From the NCBI RefSeq assembly GCF_009914755.1, contig NC_060939.1: a stretch of DNA of 64,000 bases; one strand, written 5' to 3'. This stretch comes from the human T2T-CHM13v2.0 reference genome, Homo sapiens. Under the pieces are notes generated by a model. The model was not told the origin of the DNA, made no database searches, and worked only from the letters and a program-made list of their open reading frames with translations. Below, piece after piece: positions 58,480 to 64,000 of the stretch (its first letter is position 1; each line of letters begins with the position of its first letter). Position numbers and translations under genes: made by a program.

Positions 58480-59286
58480 AATCTTTTATTTATTTACTAT
58501 TATTATACTTTAAGTTCTAGGGTACATGTGCACAATGTGCCGGTTAGTTACATATGTATACATGTGCCATGCTGCGGCGCTGCACCCACTAACTCGTCAT
58601 CTAGCATTAGGTATATCTCCCAATGCTATCCCTCCCCCCTCCCCCCACCCCACAACAGTCCCCAGAGTGTGATGTTCCCCTTCCTGTGTCCATGTGTTCT
58701 CATTGTTCAATTCCCACCTATGAGTGAGAATGTGCGGTGTTTGTTTTTTTGTTCTTGCAATAGTTTACTGAGAATGATGATTTCCAATTTCATCCATGTC
58801 CCTACAAAGGACATGAACTCATCATTTTTTATGGCTGCATAGTATTCCATGGTGTATATGTGCCATATTTTCTTAGTCCAGTCTATCATTGTTGGACATT
58901 TAGGTTGGTTCCAAGTCTTTGCTATTGTGAATAATGCCACAATAAACATACATGTGCATGTGTCTTTATAGCAGCATGATTTATAGTCCTTTGGGTGTAT
59001 ACCCAGTAATGGGATGGCTGGGTCAAATGGTATTTCTAGTTCTAGATCCCTGAGGAATCGCCACACTGACTTCCACAATGGTTGAACTAGTTTACAGTCC
59101 CACCAACAGTGTAAAAGTGTTCCTATTTCTCCACATCCTCTCCAGCACCTGTTGTTTCCTGACTTTTTAATGATTGCCATTCTAACTGGTGTGAGATGGT
59201 ATCTCATTGTGGTTTTGATTTGCATTTCTCTGATGGCCAGTGATGGTGAGCATTTTTTCATGTGTTTTTTGGCTGCATAAATGTCT
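58480..59286 (-). mobile_element. Young 5'-truncated L1PA2/3-like element
   Basis: Near-intact ORF2 C-terminus (58707-59261) and 3'UTR 'cccactaactcgtcatctagcattagg'. Confidence 0.95.
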
Positions 59287-59695
59287 TAAAGCAGTCACAT
59301 TTTCTGACCTCACTCAAATGGAAAGGATTTGAATATAAGGTTGTGTACATCAAGAGGAGGGGATCTTTGGGTGCCATCATAGGGTGTACCTGCCGTATCA
59401 AGTCTTCTGCAATCTGCAACAGTTTCTTAATCTTCGCTTATTTGTATATTTTTATTTGACCCTTTTGAAAAACATTGCTCAGGCATTTTATAGAATGTCC
59501 CACAATATGGGTTTGTCTGATGGTTTCTCACAATTAAACTAGGAATATGGATTAATTTAGACACTGGCATATATCTAAGTTTGAAGACAATAAATATTGA
59601 GTATACATTACTTACAAATACAAACCTAGAGAGAAAAATAATAAAGAAAAGCAGGAAATAAGAAATAGAGAATTCATCTTACCTTCAGTGGGTAA

Positions 59696-60006
<311 letters not shown>

Positions 60007-61928
60007 TAATAACTTGTTTACTAAACTCACAGTGAAATTTTTAAAAAAATGAGAACTATATTTTTTATTTAGAATAGTTTTATGTTTACATAACAGTTTT
60101 GAAAATAATTTCCACATACCAGCACATAGATTCCCTTATTGTTCACCTTTTACATTAGTGGGGCACATTTGTCATGATTAATGAACTCATATATATGATC
60201 ATTCACTAACATCTAAACATTATTCCCATTTCCTTAGATTTTACTTAATGTCAATTTACTCTCCCAGATCCCATCCAGGATACATCACATTTAGATATCA
60301 AGTTTCTTTAGGCTCCTTTTGGCTGTGAGAGTTTGTCAGGCTTTCTGTGTTAGTGATGACATTGGCATTGCTCACGTGGGATTTGTCTGCTGTTTTTCTC
60401 ATATTTAGACAGGTGTTAAGGGTGAAGGGGAAGAAGACCACAGAAGGAACGTGCCATTCTCTTCATACCATATCAAGGTTATGTACTATCAACATGCTTT
60501 ATCATGATTGATATTAATTTGATCATCTGGATGGAGTAGTTTTATCAGATTTATACCATATGTAATCACCATTTATTCCCCTTTCTATGTGATATGTTTT
60601 GAAAAGAAGTCCCTGTGCCCTGCACGTACTGAGCAGAGGAGAGTCAAGCTCCACTTCCTCATGGGCAGGTTACTACAAAAACCATTTGGAATTTTATTCA
60701 GCTTTGATAATTTATCTGTTCTCCATCATTTTACTTATTTATTCACTCATGTATATGAACATGAAATCTTGGATATTTATTTTATTCTTATACTGTTTTA
60801 TTTATTTGTTGCTCAGATTTTTCCATTGTTGTTCATTGGAAGGTCTTTCAGTTGGCTCTTCTTTCATTTTGAAATACACATATCATTGTGGTTTGATTTT
60901 GTTTCTTTGTTTGCTTGTGTTGTTGTGGTTTTGTTTAAATTTTTCTTGGTTTCTAGCACTACCTTATGCTCCAGGGTCATTGTGTTTATTCCCTTCCCAT
61001 GGCTAGTATTCACCATTTCTTCAGGGAGACCTGATTCATTTATTGGAAAATGCTATTGGAAATGAAGATGTGGACACAGTGTGTGCAATTTGGCACAGAC
61101 CTTGTCAGATGAAAAAGCAAATAAATATTTGGTTTTACAGTAGCTCACACGTGTACTCATTTCTACAAATATTTCTACACATGTCCATATTATCTATATT
61201 AAATTAAACATGAATTTCTATTAATGTCTCCAGCACACATGACCTAATCCAGTAGCACATGAATTAATCTGAATAAATCTACCCACTCTCACTGTCTTAT
61301 ATGTAACCTCATACTCTAACCATGAGAAATTTGACTCCATTTCCTTTATCATTCAGTTCCAAAATACATATATTGCTGTTTCGGAATCAATAATTCATAT
61401 CCTCTTGGGAAACAACTTTACTAAATAAGTACAGTGGTTATATATGTCTTTAAGCCTTTGGATTTAGAATCTGTACTTATAAGCCACCCCCCTTTCCCCC
61501 TCCACTCCCTTCAGTGAGATTATTTTATGCATGTTTAGTACACTTATTTCATTTTGTTAGCATCCCTCCCTAGGAAACCCCAACTTACTAAATATTTTTT
61601 AATTTGCATATATTTAGGTTCACTGTTTGTGTCATAAAGTTCTGTGGAATTTGAAATACAGTATCATGTGTTCACCATTACAGTTTCATTATAGAAACTT
61701 TTCACTGCCCTAAGAACTCCCAGCACCTCACCCATTCGACCTTTCTCTCTCCTAAGTCCCTGGTAGACACTAGTATTTTATAATCTCTATAGTTTCATCT
61801 ACTCAAGAGCTTCATATAAACTGAAATATAGAGATGTGGTCTTTTCAAACTGGGTTATTTCGCTTAGCAATATGCCTTTAAGATTTGTGCAGTACATTTC
61901 ATGGTGGTTTAGACTTGCACTTCCCTAA

Positions 61929-62343
61929 TGTATTAGTCCATTTTGCATTGCTGTAAAGGAATACCTAAATCTGGGTTAATTTATAAAGCGAAGAGGTTTA
62001 TTTGGCTCAGAGTTCTGAAAACTGTGTAAGAAGCATAGTGTTGTTGGCAGCATCTTGTGTGGGCCTTAGGAAGCTTCCAATCATGGTGGAAGGCAAAGGG
62101 GAAGCAGGCTTGTCACATGACAAGAGAAACAGCAAGAGAGAGTAGGGGAGGTGCCAGGCTGTTTTTAACAATCAGATCTTTTGGTAACCTAATAGAGTGA
62201 TAACTAAGTCATTACCACAAGGACAACACCAAGCCATTCATAAGGGATCCACCCCATGGGTCATTTCACCGGACCCCAACTCCAACACTGGGGATCACAT
62301 TTCAACATTATATTTGGAAGGGATAAATATCCAAACTATATCA
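61929..62343 (-). mobile_element. MSTA/B MaLR LTR
   Basis: 'tgtattagtccattttgcattgctgtaaaggaatacc...atccaaactatatca'. Confidence 0.9.
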
Positions 62344-63065
62344 CCTAATGACTAAAGGTATTAAACAGCTTTTCTTGTGAATTTATCTATTTTTTGTCAG
62401 TTTTTTTGGTGTCATATTCTAGAAAGCATTATTTAATCCAAGACCAGAGAAATTTATACCAATGTTATCCTATTTGGGTTTGTAGTTTTAGTGCTTACAT
62501 TTATGTCTATGATCCATTTTGAGTCACTTAGGTATATTGGCATCCAACTTGCATGTAGCTATCCATTTGTGCCAGCAACATTTGTTGAAAAAAATATTTT
62601 TGCAAATTGAATTGTTTTGGTAACATTGTAAAATCTTGACTACAAGTGTAAGGGTTAATTTTGGGGCTCTCAATTCCATTGCATTGATCTGTATGTCTGT
62701 CTTTGTACTAAGCAATAGCACACTGTCTTGATTACTATCACTTTGTAGTAAGCCAAGGCTGGTCTCAATCTCCTGGTTTCAAGTGATCCTCCCACCTTGG
62801 CCTCCCAAAGTGCTGGCATATATTTCTTCTTCTAGATTGCTTTTCACTTTTTCGGATCTCTTGCATTTCCATACAAATTTTAGAATCAGCTTGTAAATTA
62901 TTGCAAACAATAAGGCAGCTGGGATTTTGACCAATTTTTGAAGAGATAACTTGCATTGAACCCGTAAAGCTGCATTGAACTATTTGTGTAAGTATTGTCA
63001 TCTTAACAATATCAAGCCTTCTGATCAATGGAGATGGGATTTTTCCACTTATCTTTTAAAAAAAT

Positions 63066-63223
63066 TATTTAGAGAGAGATGGGGGTTTCACTCTGTCACC
63101 TAGGATGGAGTGCAGTGGTGTGATCATAGCTCACTGGAGCCTCGAACATCTGAGCTCAAGCGATCCTCCTGCCTTTGCCTCCCAAAGTGCTGGGATTACA
63201 GATGTGAGCCACCGTGCCCAGCC
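63066..63223 (-). mobile_element. Alu monomer (FLAM-like)
   Basis: 'gatcatagctcactggagcctcgaac...ctcaagcgatcctcc'. Confidence 0.85.
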
Positions 63224-63276
63224 TTACTTGTTTTTATTTATTTTATTTTTTTCGTATTTGTATATTGGAAAAAAAT

Positions 63277-64000
63277 GTTCATGCTTAGGAAAATCCCTTT
63301 AAGTCGCAGAAGTTCCCTTACCCCCTCTCAGGGCATGCGATGTGGGAGTGGCTAGCTTCTTCAGTGCCCTGCTGCTCAAACCCCTAGAGGGAGCATACAG
63401 ACGGGCCAGTTGTGGGGCTCCTACCCCACAGCAGTGTCTAGGGGTGAATGTTTACAGCTCCTGAGGCCCCAGTGGGCATGTTTTACAGGGTGCTCTTTTA
63501 GTTTAGCTGTCGCAGGTGTCTTGGGTTAGTCAGCTCAATTAGACCTTCTGCCTTATTGCGAGGACAAAAGGCTTTCTGTATCCCGGCTGGGAGAATTGGA
63601 GGACACGTGGGCTTGGAGAATGAGCGCAAGATCTTATTGAGCAGACGTAGCTCTCAACAGATGGGGGAGCCAGAAGGGTGATGGAGTGGGAAGGTGGTTT
63701 TCCCCTGAAGTCGGGCCACTTAGCAGCTGGGGCTCTTCTCCAACTACCCCGGCCAAACTGTGTCGTTCTGCTGGTCGATGGCCTGCTGGCCTGCTGGCAT
63801 CTGTCAGTGTGCTCTTCTGCTGGCATGCTCCCCTCAACGTCCTCTTGACGTCCAGCCACTTGTGTCTCTGCCCGCAAGGGTCTCGGGATTTTTATAGCCA
63901 CAGGATGGGGACATGGCAGGCCAGGGTGGTCTTGGGAAATGCAACATTTGGGCAGGAAAACAGAAATGCCTGTCCTCACCTAGGTCCATGGGCACAGGCC
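63277..64000 (-). mobile_element. ERV1 LTR of the LTR1/LTR28/MER52 group, running off the window
   Basis: 'cttcttcagtgccctgctgctcaaacccctagagg...gtgtctaggggtgaatgtttacagctcc'; minus-strand TATA 'ctataaaa' near 63890. Confidence 0.8.

Noticed and set aside
58707-59261. 184-aa ORF as a host gene
   Set aside because: It is the C-terminus of L1 ORF2p in a truncated element.
60589-61065. Hydrophobic 158-aa and 135-aa ORFs
   Set aside because: They come from T-rich antisense L1MC sequence and are not preserved in the paralog at ~40.6-41.0 kb.

Overview
Primate (human-like) genomic DNA dominated by interspersed repeats: about 23 Alus, many L1 fragments of different ages, L2/MIR, two solo LTR12 (HERV9), MaLR and other LTRs. 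I recognise no intact known protein-coding gene, RNA gene or CRISPR array, and almost all listed ORFs come from repeats or chance. The non-repeat DNA is largely built from old local duplications. (i) A ~10 kb direct duplication (~33.5-43.4 kb vs ~53.2-63.05 kb); each copy has a CpG-rich promoter-like core followed by a minus-strand chain of short non-coding-looking exons. (ii) An older triplicated unit (~14-16.5, ~22-26.5, ~27-28.6 kb) whose GC-rich core is still a CpG island in one copy and CpG-depleted in the other two. (iii) A CpG-rich promoter-like region at ~19 kb with three tandem NRF1 units. Downstream of the 28 kb island, three plus-strand candidate exons with canonical splice sites join into an uninterrupted ~134-aa ORF that I do not recognise. 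The architecture, plus a weak TCEAL-like remnant, recalls the Xq22 BEX/TCEAL/GASP cluster, but that placement is a low-confidence inference. Repeat boundaries and subfamily calls were read by eye and are approximate.
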